A DNA stretch of 64,000 bases, from NCBI GenBank assembly GCA_963721525.1, contig CAVRJL010000016.1:58777-122776 (forward strand), read 5' to 3'. The notes under the pieces are model-generated. The model worked only from the letters and a program-made list of their open reading frames with translations, was not told where the DNA came from and did not search any database. Positions 20,844-30,251 of this stretch are shown here, piece after piece (the stretch's first letter is position 1; every line of letters starts with the position of its first letter). Made by a program: the position numbers and the translations under genes. Source of the DNA: an uncultured Negativicutes bacterium. GTDB taxonomy: Bacteria; Bacillota; Negativicutes; JBAXTZ01.

Positions 20844-21235
20844 TTGGCAATCAAAAAGTCGATGAAAACGAAAAAAAAGAATATAAAAATATTGATCATG
20901 GAGATGCACATATTCATTCTACTTTTAATAATACTATAGTAACAATTACCGATAAAGTAGGTAATTGTATTGCTTGGTCAAGTGCTGGTATTTTGGGATT
21001 TAAAGGTTCAAGGAAAAGCACTCCTTTTGCTGCGGGTATTGTTGCCGAAAAAGCAAGTAGGACAGCTATAGAACACGGCTTAAAGATAGTGGATGTTTTT
21101 GTTAATGGACCGGGTGCAGGACGCGAAGCAGCAATACGTTCATTACAAATGACGGGTTTGGATGTTTCTTCTATAAAAGATGTAACTCCTATTCCACATA
21201 ATGGTTGTCGTCCACCTAAACGTAGAAGAGTATAA
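20844..21235 (+). CDS. rpsK: 30S ribosomal protein S11 (frameshift at the A8 run 20871-20878)
   Basis: TTG start after GGAGG; adding one A gives [25 protein letters not shown]...[10 protein letters not shown]...[13 protein letters not shown]. Confidence 0.97.
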
Positions 21236-21254
21236 ATGGAGGAAATAGAAACAA

Positions 21255-21887
21255 ATGGCAAGATATATTGGAGCGTTATGTAGATTATGTCGTCGTGAAG
21301 GAGGTAAGCTATTTCTGAAAGGTGATAAATGTTATAGTGTTAAATGTCCAATTTTAAGGAGAACTTATGCTCCTGGACAGCACGGATTAGGAAGGAAAAA
21401 GAAACTTTCAGAATATGGTATTCAATTACGCGAAAAACAAAAAGCTCGTCGTATATATGGACTTACTGAAAATCAATTTAGGCTTACTTTTGGTAAAGCT
21501 GAAAGAATGAAAGGAATAACAGGAGAAAATCTACTAATAACCTTAGAAAGAAGGTTAGATAATGTTATTTATAGGATGGGTATGGCTGATAATAGAAATC
21601 AAGCACGCCAAATGGTTCGGCATGGGTTTTTTTTAGTAAAAAATACAAGAGTAAATATACCGTCTTATCTTGTAAAAATAAATGATGACATTACGGTGGC
21701 TGAAGATCGTAAAGAGTCGTCTTTAATCAAAGCCATAGCAGATGCTTTGCCTCGTAGAGGAACTTTAGCCCAATGGATGGAAATAGACACAAATAATTTA
21801 AATGCTCGTATTTCTCGTTTTCCTAATCGGGATGAAATAATAATTCCATTACAAGAACAATTAATAGTGGAATTATATTCCCGATAA
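21255..21887 (+). CDS. rpsD: 30S ribosomal protein S4 (zinc-binding type)
   Basis: [34 protein letters not shown]. Confidence 0.99.
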   Translation: MARYIGALCRLCRREGGKLFLKGDKCYSVKCPILRRTYAPGQHGLGRKKKLSEYGIQLREKQKARRIYGLTENQFRLTFGKAERMKGITGENLLITLERRLDNVIYRMGMADNRNQARQMVRHGFFLVKNTRVNIPSYLVKINDDITVAEDRKESSLIKAIADALPRRGTLAQWMEIDTNNLNARISRFPNRDEIIIPLQEQLIVELYSR

Positions 21888-21932
21888 CATACGCTACAAT
21901 TGCTACAATAGAAAAATTGGGAGAAATGTAAC

Positions 21933-22907
21933 ATGGTAGAAAGTAAGCAATCTAAAATAAGTTTGATTGATTCTAACGATTCTAACGTAAAGAATACATA
22001 TGGGCGTTTTGTATGGGAGCCATTACCACGTGGGCATGGAATTACATTAGGTAATAGTTTACGAAGAATTTTGATGTCTAGTCTTCCGGGAGCAGCAGTT
22101 ACCTCAATAAACATAGAAGGAATTTTACACGAGTTTTCAACTGTAGTTGGAGTACGAGAAGATGTAACAGATATAGTATTGAATATAAAGTCTTTACGCT
22201 TACGTATTGATTCGAAAGAGCCATGTAAAATTAAAATAGATTATAAAGGACAAGGTATAATAAAAGCGAGTGATATAATTTGTCCACCAGAAGTCAGTAT
22301 CCTTAATCCTGAATTATATATCGCCTCTTTAGAAAAAGAGGGAGAGTTAAAAATTACTATGAACGTACAAACTGGTATAGGATATGTGTCGGCAGAGAAA
22401 AATAAAAATTCAAGTGTATCCATTGGAGAAATATACGTTGATTCAATATTTACTCCTATTATAAGAGTAAATTATGATATTTCGGATACACGTGTAGGAA
22501 ATGTTACAAATTTTGATAAATTAACGCTTGATATTTGGACAGATGGAAGCATAACTCCGAGTTACGCTCTTGGAAAGACAGCAGGAATATTTATTGAATA
22601 TATGCAACAAGTTACTAATTTAGCAGGTATTGAGGTTGTTCATGAAAATATAGGCAATTTTAATCAAGTTAGTAGGTTAGATAATGATCACCAATTGATT
22701 CCTATAGATGATGTTGAATTTTCTGTCAGGGCAAAAAATTGTTTAGCACGTACAGGTGTTAAATATTTACATGAAATAAGTAATTTAACTGAAATGGAAC
22801 TAAATAATATTAAAAACGCGGGTAAAAAAACAATTGATGAAATTAAAGCTAAATTAATTTCATCAGGAATGAGTTTACGAACAACTACTAAAGGAGGCAT
22901 TCTATAG
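21933..22907 (+). CDS. rpoA: RNA polymerase alpha subunit
   Basis: TLGNSLRRILMSSLPG, HEFSTV, DSIFTPI, alpha-CTD SVRAKNCL. Confidence 0.99.
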   Translation: MVESKQSKISLIDSNDSNVKNTYGRFVWEPLPRGHGITLGNSLRRILMSSLPGAAVTSINIEGILHEFSTVVGVREDVTDIVLNIKSLRLRIDSKEPCKIKIDYKGQGIIKASDIICPPEVSILNPELYIASLEKEGELKITMNVQTGIGYVSAEKNKNSSVSIGEIYVDSIFTPIIRVNYDISDTRVGNVTNFDKLTLDIWTDGSITPSYALGKTAGIFIEYMQQVTNLAGIEVVHENIGNFNQVSRLDNDHQLIPIDDVEFSVRAKNCLARTGVKYLHEISNLTEMELNNIKNAGKKTIDEIKAKLISSGMSLRTTTKGGIL

Positions 22908-23246
22908 ATGGTACGAAGAAGGCTTGGCAGAGATAGCAGTGCATTGCGTGCTTTACTGAGGGGAATTACGACTTCTTTTTTGTTACACGGAAAAATTAAA
23001 ACAACAGCAGCGAAAGCTAAGGAATTAGTTAGGTGTGCATCAAAAATGATAACTTTGGCTAAACGCGGCGATTTGCACGCTCATAGACAAATTCTAGCAT
23101 TTATAACAGACAAAAAAGTTGCAAAAAAATTATTGGAAGAAATAGCCCCAAAATATGTTGATCGTAATGGTGGATATACTAGAATATACAAGTTAGGTAC
23201 TCGTCGTGGTGATTGTGCTCCACTTACGTTTATTGAGTTAGTGTAA
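22908..23246 (+). CDS. rplQ: 50S ribosomal protein L17
   Basis: [27 protein letters not shown]. Confidence 0.99.
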   Translation: MVRRRLGRDSSALRALLRGITTSFLLHGKIKTTAAKAKELVRCASKMITLAKRGDLHAHRQILAFITDKKVAKKLLEEIAPKYVDRNGGYTRIYKLGTRRGDCAPLTFIELV

Positions 23247-23369
23247 GGTATATTTTTAATAAATACAAATAAGTATTTTAAAAGAAATTTATTTTAAGTT
23301 AGGACTTGATTTTTTTTATTTTTTATTAAATAATTTAAAATATAAATTTAGTATATTAAAAAAACATTT

Positions 23370-23402
23370 ACCCTTTCCCTGCGGAGAGGGTTTCTAAGTT
23401 TT
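23370..23402 (+). terminator. Terminator-like hairpin between rplQ and ecfA1
   Basis: ACCCTTTCC-CTGC-GGAGAGGGT followed by TTCTAAGTTTTT. Confidence 0.55.
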
Positions 23403-23412
23403 TGAGGGTAAA

Positions 23413-24249
23413 ATGGATTTTATAAAATGCGAAAACTTAAATTATGTATATAAAGAAAAATACAAAGAAGGAAAAGCTATCATAGCCTTAAATAATATAA
23501 ACTTAACTGTAAAAGAAAACGAATTTATCGTCATTTTAGGAGGAAATGGATCTGGAAAATCATCTTTAGCAAAACATTTTAATGCTTTATTAACGCCTAG
23601 TGCAGGAAAATGCTTTATTAAGGGCAAAGATACTTCTGATTTAGAGGAAATTTGGAATATTAGGCAACTTGTAGGTATGGTATTTCAAAATCCTGATAAT
23701 CAAATTGTTGCTACAATTGTTGAGGAAGATGTTGCTTTCGGCCCAGAAAATATTGGAATGGAATCTACAGAAATCCGCAAAAAAGTAAATGAAGTGTTAA
23801 AAATTGTAGGAATGAGCGACTATAAACTCCATAAAATTCACCATTTATCAGGGGGGCAAAAACAAAGAATAGCAATAGCAGGAGCGCTTGCTTTAGATGC
23901 ACAATGTCTTGTTTTAGATGAACCAACGGCAATGCTTGATCCTAAAGGACGTAATGAGGTATTGGATACTTTAATAAAATTAAATACAAAAAAAAATAAA
24001 ACTATCATCCACATTACACATTATATGGAAGAAGCCTTAATAGCAGATAGAATTATTGTTATGTCTAAAGGTAAAATTTTGATTGATGATTTACCCATAA
24101 ATATTTTTTCAAATACCGAGCTTGTTGAATATGCTAAGCTTGATGTTCCCTTAGCAATTGATTTGGCAAATAAAATTCGTTTGTTAGGAATATCTATGCC
24201 GAAAGGGATAATAAATAAAGAACAATTATTGGAGTTTTTATGTCCATAG
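23413..24249 (+). CDS. ecfA1: Energy-coupling factor transporter ATPase A1
   Basis: GGNGSGKS, VFQNPDNQ, LSGGQKQR, DEPTAMLDP; follows rplQ as in Firmicutes. Confidence 0.96.
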   Translation: MDFIKCENLNYVYKEKYKEGKAIIALNNINLTVKENEFIVILGGNGSGKSSLAKHFNALLTPSAGKCFIKGKDTSDLEEIWNIRQLVGMVFQNPDNQIVATIVEEDVAFGPENIGMESTEIRKKVNEVLKIVGMSDYKLHKIHHLSGGQKQRIAIAGALALDAQCLVLDEPTAMLDPKGRNEVLDTLIKLNTKKNKTIIHITHYMEEALIADRIIVMSKGKILIDDLPINIFSNTELVEYAKLDVPLAIDLANKIRLLGISMPKGIINKEQLLEFLCP

Positions 24250-25106
24250 TTATAGAAAATGTTAATTTCACTTATATGAAAAAAACTCCTTTTGAAAAAC
24301 GAGTTTTGGCAGATATAAATATTACTATTGAAAAAGGAGAAATTATAGGACTTATTGGACATACAGGTTCTGGAAAATCAACTCTTATTCAACATTTCAA
24401 TGGTTTATTAAAACCAGATAGCGGAAATGTTTTCATAAATGGAATTAATATAAATAAACGCTCTAAAGAAGCTCTAATACAAAAACGTAAAGTCGGATTA
24501 GTATTTCAGTACCCTGAATATCAATTATTTGAAGAAACAATAGGAGATGATATAAGGTTTGGACCAAAAAACTATGGATTAGATACGAAGGAAATAGAAA
24601 AAAGAGTGAGGTTTTCCATGGAGGTTGTAGGATTAAGCTACCATGAATATGTAAATCGTTCACCTTTTTTCTTATCGGGTGGTCAAAGGAGAAGAGTAGC
24701 ATTGGCAGGAATACTGGTATTAGAGCCAGAATATTTGATTTTAGATGAACCATCTTCAGGGTTGGACCCGAATGGAAAGCGTTATATACTTGATAAAATT
24801 TCAGAAATACAAAAAAAAAGAGGTTGTACAGTAGTAATGATTTCTCATGACATGGAGGAAATAGCAAAATATACGAACAGAATAATAGTAATGAATAATA
24901 AGCGAATAATTCTTGATAATAAGAAAGAGTTTATTTTTAAAAAAATTGTAAAGTTACAAAAAATTGGGTTAGATATACCAGATATAATAAAAATAATGAG
25001 AACAGCAAAGCAAAGAGGATTAAACGTGAAAGAAAATATCTTTGATCGTCAAGAAGGTGCTGAACAATTGGCTAAAGCGTATAGAGAGAAAATAAATGTT
25101 GAATGA
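24240..25106 (+). CDS. ecfA2: Energy-coupling factor transporter ATPase A2
   Basis: TPFE, GHTGSGKST, FQYPEYQLFE, LSGGQRRR. Confidence 0.96.
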   Translation: MSIVIENVNFTYMKKTPFEKRVLADINITIEKGEIIGLIGHTGSGKSTLIQHFNGLLKPDSGNVFINGININKRSKEALIQKRKVGLVFQYPEYQLFEETIGDDIRFGPKNYGLDTKEIEKRVRFSMEVVGLSYHEYVNRSPFFLSGGQRRRVALAGILVLEPEYLILDEPSSGLDPNGKRYILDKISEIQKKRGCTVVMISHDMEEIAKYTNRIIVMNNKRIILDNKKEFIFKKIVKLQKIGLDIPDIIKIMRTAKQRGLNVKENIFDRQEGAEQLAKAYREKINVE

Positions 25107-25914
25107 CATTACAATAGGACAGTTTTTTCCTGGAAATAGTTTTATTCATAAACTGGATCCTAGAACAAAAATTGCTTTATGTGTAGCATATATAATTATT
25201 CTTTTTTTTCTTGTTAGTTCAATAGTATACACTTTTAATTTTATAGTAGTTTTTGCAATACTTTTAATAGCTAAAATTCCATTAAAAATGATAATAAAAT
25301 CAATAAAACCTCTTTATTTTATAATAGTGATAACATTTGTGTTTCAGATTTTTTCAACTAATGGCAAAAATATTATTAAGTGGCATTTTTTAACAATAAC
25401 TAAAGAAGGAGTATTTAGTGGAATAACGCTATCCTCGAGATTAATTTTATTAATACTAATGTCTTCTTTATTAACTTATACTACTTCTCCGCTTGATTTT
25501 ACTGATGCTATTGAAAAATTATTAAATCCATTAAAAAAAATAAAAGTTCCAGCACACGAAATAGCTATGATTATGACAATAGCACTAAGATTTATTCCTA
25601 CTTTGATAGAAGAGCTTGACCGCATAATAAAAGCACAACAATCTCGTGGCGCAAATTTTACTCAAGGTAGTTTAATAAGACGTATGCAACATATTATTCC
25701 TATATTAGTTCCGCTTTTTATCAGTGCTTTTAGACGCGCAGATGAATTAGCAATAGCTATGGAAGCTCGTTGTTACCGCGGCGGACATGGCCGCACTAAG
25801 ATGAAAAAATTGTTTTTTACTTGGAGAGATGGAATAGCTGTACTATATTTCATTTTTATAATTATTGTAATAACTTCTATTTATCATTATTCTTATACTA
25901 AAAACTTATTCTAA
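25096..25914 (+). CDS. ecfT: Energy-coupling factor transmembrane component T
   Basis: LDPRTK, ALRFIPT, AQQSRGA, AMEARCY. Confidence 0.96.
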   Translation: MLNDITIGQFFPGNSFIHKLDPRTKIALCVAYIIILFFLVSSIVYTFNFIVVFAILLIAKIPLKMIIKSIKPLYFIIVITFVFQIFSTNGKNIIKWHFLTITKEGVFSGITLSSRLILLILMSSLLTYTTSPLDFTDAIEKLLNPLKKIKVPAHEIAMIMTIALRFIPTLIEELDRIIKAQQSRGANFTQGSLIRRMQHIIPILVPLFISAFRRADELAIAMEARCYRGGHGRTKMKKLFFTWRDGIAVLYFIFIIIVITSIYHYSYTKNLF

Positions 25915-26105
25915 AAATTTTAAAGCATATGAGTACTTTTTAATATTTAATAATTAATCAGTTAGAAATAATAAAAAGATATAAAAAAACGTGTCTGTGT
26001 TAGAATAATTATAAAAGAAATGAAAAAGTTATATATGCTTGTAGTCGGACTAAAGTAATTTTACAGCTTCGTCACAAAAGCTTTATTTAATAAATATAAA
26101 AAAAT

Positions 26106-27332
26106 TCATATATAAAATTTTTTAAGTGTACTGTATATTGGTAATCCATTTTCCCATTTCAACATTGGGGTTCCGCTAATTAAAGGACGAGCGTATTTTA
26201 TAAAGTCTTCGGTAACATATGTGCCCTCACTATTTATCATATATTTTGGGACTCTGTTCTCCAAGTTTGCTACGGTGCTTAAATCTACTGTAGTGAAATT
26301 TGCTGTGTACGGATCATTGCTTTCTCTTTTTATTGCTATCATTTTCCCATTTTTACCTTGCATAACGGCGTTAACAGCTCTTTTCCCGCAAATCCATGCT
26401 TGAATTATATCAGTGTCACTTGCAATATGAGAAGCTGCTCTTTGAGCTGAAGCAGTTATTATAACTCTAGATTTCAAATTTAGTTCTTTATCAATAATAT
26501 CTTTAAGTATATTTGCACAACCGCCAAGTCGAGAATGACCGAATTCGTCAGTTTTATTGCTTTTTGCCAATAATTTGCCGTCGTTAGTATGTATTCCTTC
26601 AGAAACTACTATTAATACTCTACCAATTTTTTTGATTGTTTTATTCACATCTTTTATAAAATTTTGTATATTAAAATCTATTTCTGGCAAATATATAAGG
26701 TGAGGACCTTGATTTATATAATTATTTCTGTTGGCTAAAGAGCTTGCAGCAGCAAGCCATCCTGAGTTTCTTCCCATTGATTCTATTATTACTACGGGAG
26801 TTGTTGGTAAGTCTCTTTGATCTATATCAACTTCTGCAACTAATGTTGCAAGATATTTAGCAGCTGAAGGATATCCTGGACAATAATCAGTATGAGCAAG
26901 ATCATTGTCAATTGTTTTTGGAATTCCAATACAATACAGATCATAGCTCATTTCAGCAGCAATTTTATTTACTTTATTTGCAGTATCCATGGAGTCATTG
27001 CCGCCTATATAAAAGAAATAACGAATATTAAATTTTTTTAATGAATTTATCACTGTTTGAAAATCTTCGTTTAACTTAAGTTTATATCTAATGGAGCCGA
27101 GAGCGGCTCCGGGAGTATATTTGAGATTTTCGATTGATTCTTTATCTTCTTTTTTTAAGTCTATTATTTCTCCATTTATTAATCCCCGTATTCCACCTAC
27201 AGCTCCGTATATATTTTCAAATAAAATTTTTTCTTTCTGTGTTTCCTGGATTATTCCACAAAGTGAAGAATTTATTACTGCTGTTGGTCCACCGCTTTGC
27301 GCTATTAGCACATTCCCTTTTAATTTTTTCAT
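26106..27332 (-). CDS. pfp: Phosphofructokinase, probably pyrophosphate-dependent
   Basis: QSGGPTAVIN, IGGNDSMDT, PKTIDNDL, MGRNSGWLAA; Asp in GGND plus Lys in PKTIDND is the PPi-type signature. Confidence 0.9.
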   Translation of the reverse strand: MKKLKGNVLIAQSGGPTAVINSSLCGIIQETQKEKILFENIYGAVGGIRGLINGEIIDLKKEDKESIENLKYTPGAALGSIRYKLKLNEDFQTVINSLKKFNIRYFFYIGGNDSMDTANKVNKIAAEMSYDLYCIGIPKTIDNDLAHTDYCPGYPSAAKYLATLVAEVDIDQRDLPTTPVVIIESMGRNSGWLAAASSLANRNNYINQGPHLIYLPEIDFNIQNFIKDVNKTIKKIGRVLIVVSEGIHTNDGKLLAKSNKTDEFGHSRLGGCANILKDIIDKELNLKSRVIITASAQRAASHIASDTDIIQAWICGKRAVNAVMQGKNGKMIAIKRESNDPYTANFTTVDLSTVANLENRVPKYMINSEGTYVTEDFIKYARPLISGTPMLKWENGLPIYSTLKKFYI

Positions 27333-27741
27333 TTTTTCTCCTGGTTTAAATTTTTTAATTTGTTTATATAAATATACCTTAATGACGATAATCTCTTGAA
27401 AATTCTGTAGCGAATTCAGTATAGGAGTTATCTAATATATTTTTTTAGTTTTTTACGAAACCTATTAGGCTTTGTTTTCTTAGATATCAGGGTACGTTCT
27501 TGTATTATTCCACATAATGCTTGATTTTTTTAGTATGTGCTTTAAGCAGCCTTGTGCCCAAAGAGTTATGTGTTCTACTGATTCTTTATCATAATGATAA
27601 ACGCGAGAATATATTCTATTAATATCGGTAAGGTTAATTCTAATGTATGAAAATTTATTATAAGTATGTTAATTAATTAAAACTTATATGATGGATAAAT
27701 AAATATATCTAGCGTTCTCTGTATTTCTTTTATTTCGTTTT

Positions 27742-27782
27742 CATATGTTATTGGTTAGATACATTCTAACCAATAACATATG
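27742..27782. repeat. Perfect 18-bp inverted repeat with a 5-nt loop
   Basis: CATATGTTATTGGTTAGA-TACAT-TCTAACCAATAACATATG. Confidence 0.9.
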
Positions 27783-28455
27783 GTCTATTTTTATGATTTT
27801 TTCAAATTTTGTTAATAATTGAGTTGTCAAAGTGTCCCCCGACTGTCATCGCAGTAAGAATAGATTGTCTGATATATTTTTGAATTCTCTAAAATTTGTT
27901 GCTTTAAGTATTTATCAATAAAAAGATAGTTCTTAATGGTCTAGGTATGATATTGTTATTGCTAATTCTTTAACATTGTGTATTGTGTATAAAAAGTTTA
28001 TTATTAAATATTTATTTATTAAATTTTTTCAATTTTAATGCTACAAATAATTATTAATTATTATAAAAAAATGAGAAAGCTTTTATATTTATAGAAGCTA
28101 AAATAACTGAGAAGCAGTCTTAATTTTAGCGTATTTTATAGTAAAAAAAAGAGTAAAGAGTAAATCTTGAACAATAAAAATTGTAACACTTTTTTTTTTT
28201 TTACAACCTCATATTTATTTAAAGAATGAAAAGCAATACGGAATTAATTCAAAAAATTATGTTTCTTGTTACTAAATAAAAATATCGATGATAATAATGT
28301 AATTTGCGAAATCCATTAAGAAGATTTCTATATAAAAATAGAAAATTACTATATAAAAAAATTGAAGCTTTTATCTTATTTTTAATGATAAAGGTTTTTA
28401 TTTAAATTTATATGTTATAATATTAAAAATTTTATTTCATAAAAGGCTATTTAGA

Positions 28456-30171
28456 ATGAAAATGTCAAAATTATATATTCCTACTTTGCGTGAAGTCCCC
28501 GCAGACACAACAATAATAAGCCATCGATTATTGTTACGCGCTGGTTTTATTCGCAAAATGGCAGGAGGTATGTATAGTTATTTACCTTTAGCATGGAAAG
28601 TTTTAAGGAAGATAGAAGAAATAATCAGAGAAGAAATGAATAAAGAAGAAGCGCAGGAAATATTAATGCCTATCATTCAATCTGCCGAAATTTGGGAAAA
28701 ATCTGGTCGTTGGAATGTTTACGGGGAAGAAATGTTTCGTTTAAAAGATAGAAATGGAAGGCAATTTTGTTTAGGACCTACACATGAAGAATTGATTACA
28801 ACGCTTATAAAAAATGATATACATTCTTATAAACAATTACCGTTTATTTTTTATCAGATACAAAATAAGTATAGAGATGAGATACGTCCTCGTTTTGGGT
28901 TAATACGATCGCGTGAGTTTATAATGAAGGATGCGTATTCTTTTGATAAAGATGAAGATGAACTTGATATTACTTATCAAAAGATGAGCAATGCTTATAC
29001 ACGCATATTTAAGCGTTGTGGTTTAAATTTTCATATAGTTCAGGCTGATAGCGGAGCAATAGGAGGAACAGGGTCCCATGAATTTATGGCTATTGCTAAA
29101 GAAGGAGAAGTATCTATTTTTTATTGTGAAAAATGTGGGTATGCGGCATCAGAAGAAAAAGCTGAAGTAAATTCATCACAAAAAAAATTAAGTAATGAGA
29201 ATATTGAATTGAAAGAAAAATCTATTGTCGATACTGGGAAAGCATCTACAATAGATGAAGTATCTTCTTTATTAAAAATAGCTAAGAATAAAATTATAAA
29301 AGCTTTAACTTATAAAACAGAGAAAGGAGAAATTATTGCTTTAGTAAGAGGGGATCATAGATTAAATGAAACAAAGTTAAAAAATGCGCTTAACTGTACG
29401 CAAATTGAGGTAGCGAATCAAATATTAATAAATAATAAAATGGAAAGTATGTACAGTTGTATCGGACCTATTAGTACTAAAAATATAAAAATTGTGGCTG
29501 ATAATAGTGTAATGAGTATTAAAAATGGAGTTTGTGGATCAAACGTTAAAGGTAAATATTATATAAATGTTAGTCCTATAAGAGATTTTAAAGCCAATAT
29601 TATCTGTGATTTACGTTTAATGCAACGGGGAGATGAATGTCCGCACTGCACAGAAAAAATAGGCGCTGCCAAAGGAATAGAGGTAGGGCAGATATTTAAG
29701 CTTGGAACAAAATACTCAAAAGAGCTTGAAGCTACATATCCTGCTGTAACAGACGAGTCAAAGTTAATACTTATGGGATGTTATGGAATTGGTGTTTCAA
29801 GGACTATGGCGGCAGTGGTCGAACAATTAAGTGATGAGAACGGAATTAATTGGCCTGTATCAATAGCTCCTTATCATTGTGTGATTATTCCCATAAGTTT
29901 TAAAGATAAAAAACATAAAAAATTAGCTGAAAGTTTATATACTAAATTTATTGCTTTAGGTATCGAAACTATTTTAGATGATCGTGACGAACGTCCAGGA
30001 GTAAAATTTAACGATGCTGATTTAATAGGGTATCCTTTAAAAATAATCGTTGGAAATAAATCTGTAAATGAAAATTTAGTTGAAATAAAAGAGAGAAAAG
30101 CGGGGAAAATACATTTGGTAAAAATAGGTATGACTGCTAAATATATAAGGAAATTATTGCAAAATATTTAA
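28456..30171 (+). CDS. proS: Proline--tRNA ligase (bacterial type with INS editing domain)
   Basis: LGPTHEE, RDEIRPRFG, MKDAYSF, GIEVGQIF, MGCYGIG; 571 aa. Confidence 0.98.
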   Translation: MKMSKLYIPTLREVPADTTIISHRLLLRAGFIRKMAGGMYSYLPLAWKVLRKIEEIIREEMNKEEAQEILMPIIQSAEIWEKSGRWNVYGEEMFRLKDRNGRQFCLGPTHEELITTLIKNDIHSYKQLPFIFYQIQNKYRDEIRPRFGLIRSREFIMKDAYSFDKDEDELDITYQKMSNAYTRIFKRCGLNFHIVQADSGAIGGTGSHEFMAIAKEGEVSIFYCEKCGYAASEEKAEVNSSQKKLSNENIELKEKSIVDTGKASTIDEVSSLLKIAKNKIIKALTYKTEKGEIIALVRGDHRLNETKLKNALNCTQIEVANQILINNKMESMYSCIGPISTKNIKIVADNSVMSIKNGVCGSNVKGKYYINVSPIRDFKANIICDLRLMQRGDECPHCTEKIGAAKGIEVGQIFKLGTKYSKELEATYPAVTDESKLILMGCYGIGVSRTMAAVVEQLSDENGINWPVSIAPYHCVIIPISFKDKKHKKLAESLYTKFIALGIETILDDRDERPGVKFNDADLIGYPLKIIVGNKSVNENLVEIKERKAGKIHLVKIGMTAKYIRKLLQNI

Positions 30172-30251
30172 AAGCCATAAGTTAAGATAATAGTTTGAGA
30201 AATCTAATTTATAGCAGTAATAAGTTATAATATTATTTTTAAAAGAGTGTT

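Noticed and set aside
26020-26075. Possible truA 5' remnant (MKKLYMLVVGLK*FYSF) after ecfT
   Set aside because: The position fits, but similarity to the TruA YDG-x2-F-x-G-F motif is too weak to call.
28200-28455. T-box leader for proS
   Set aside because: No T-box consensus, specifier stem or terminator/antiterminator visible.
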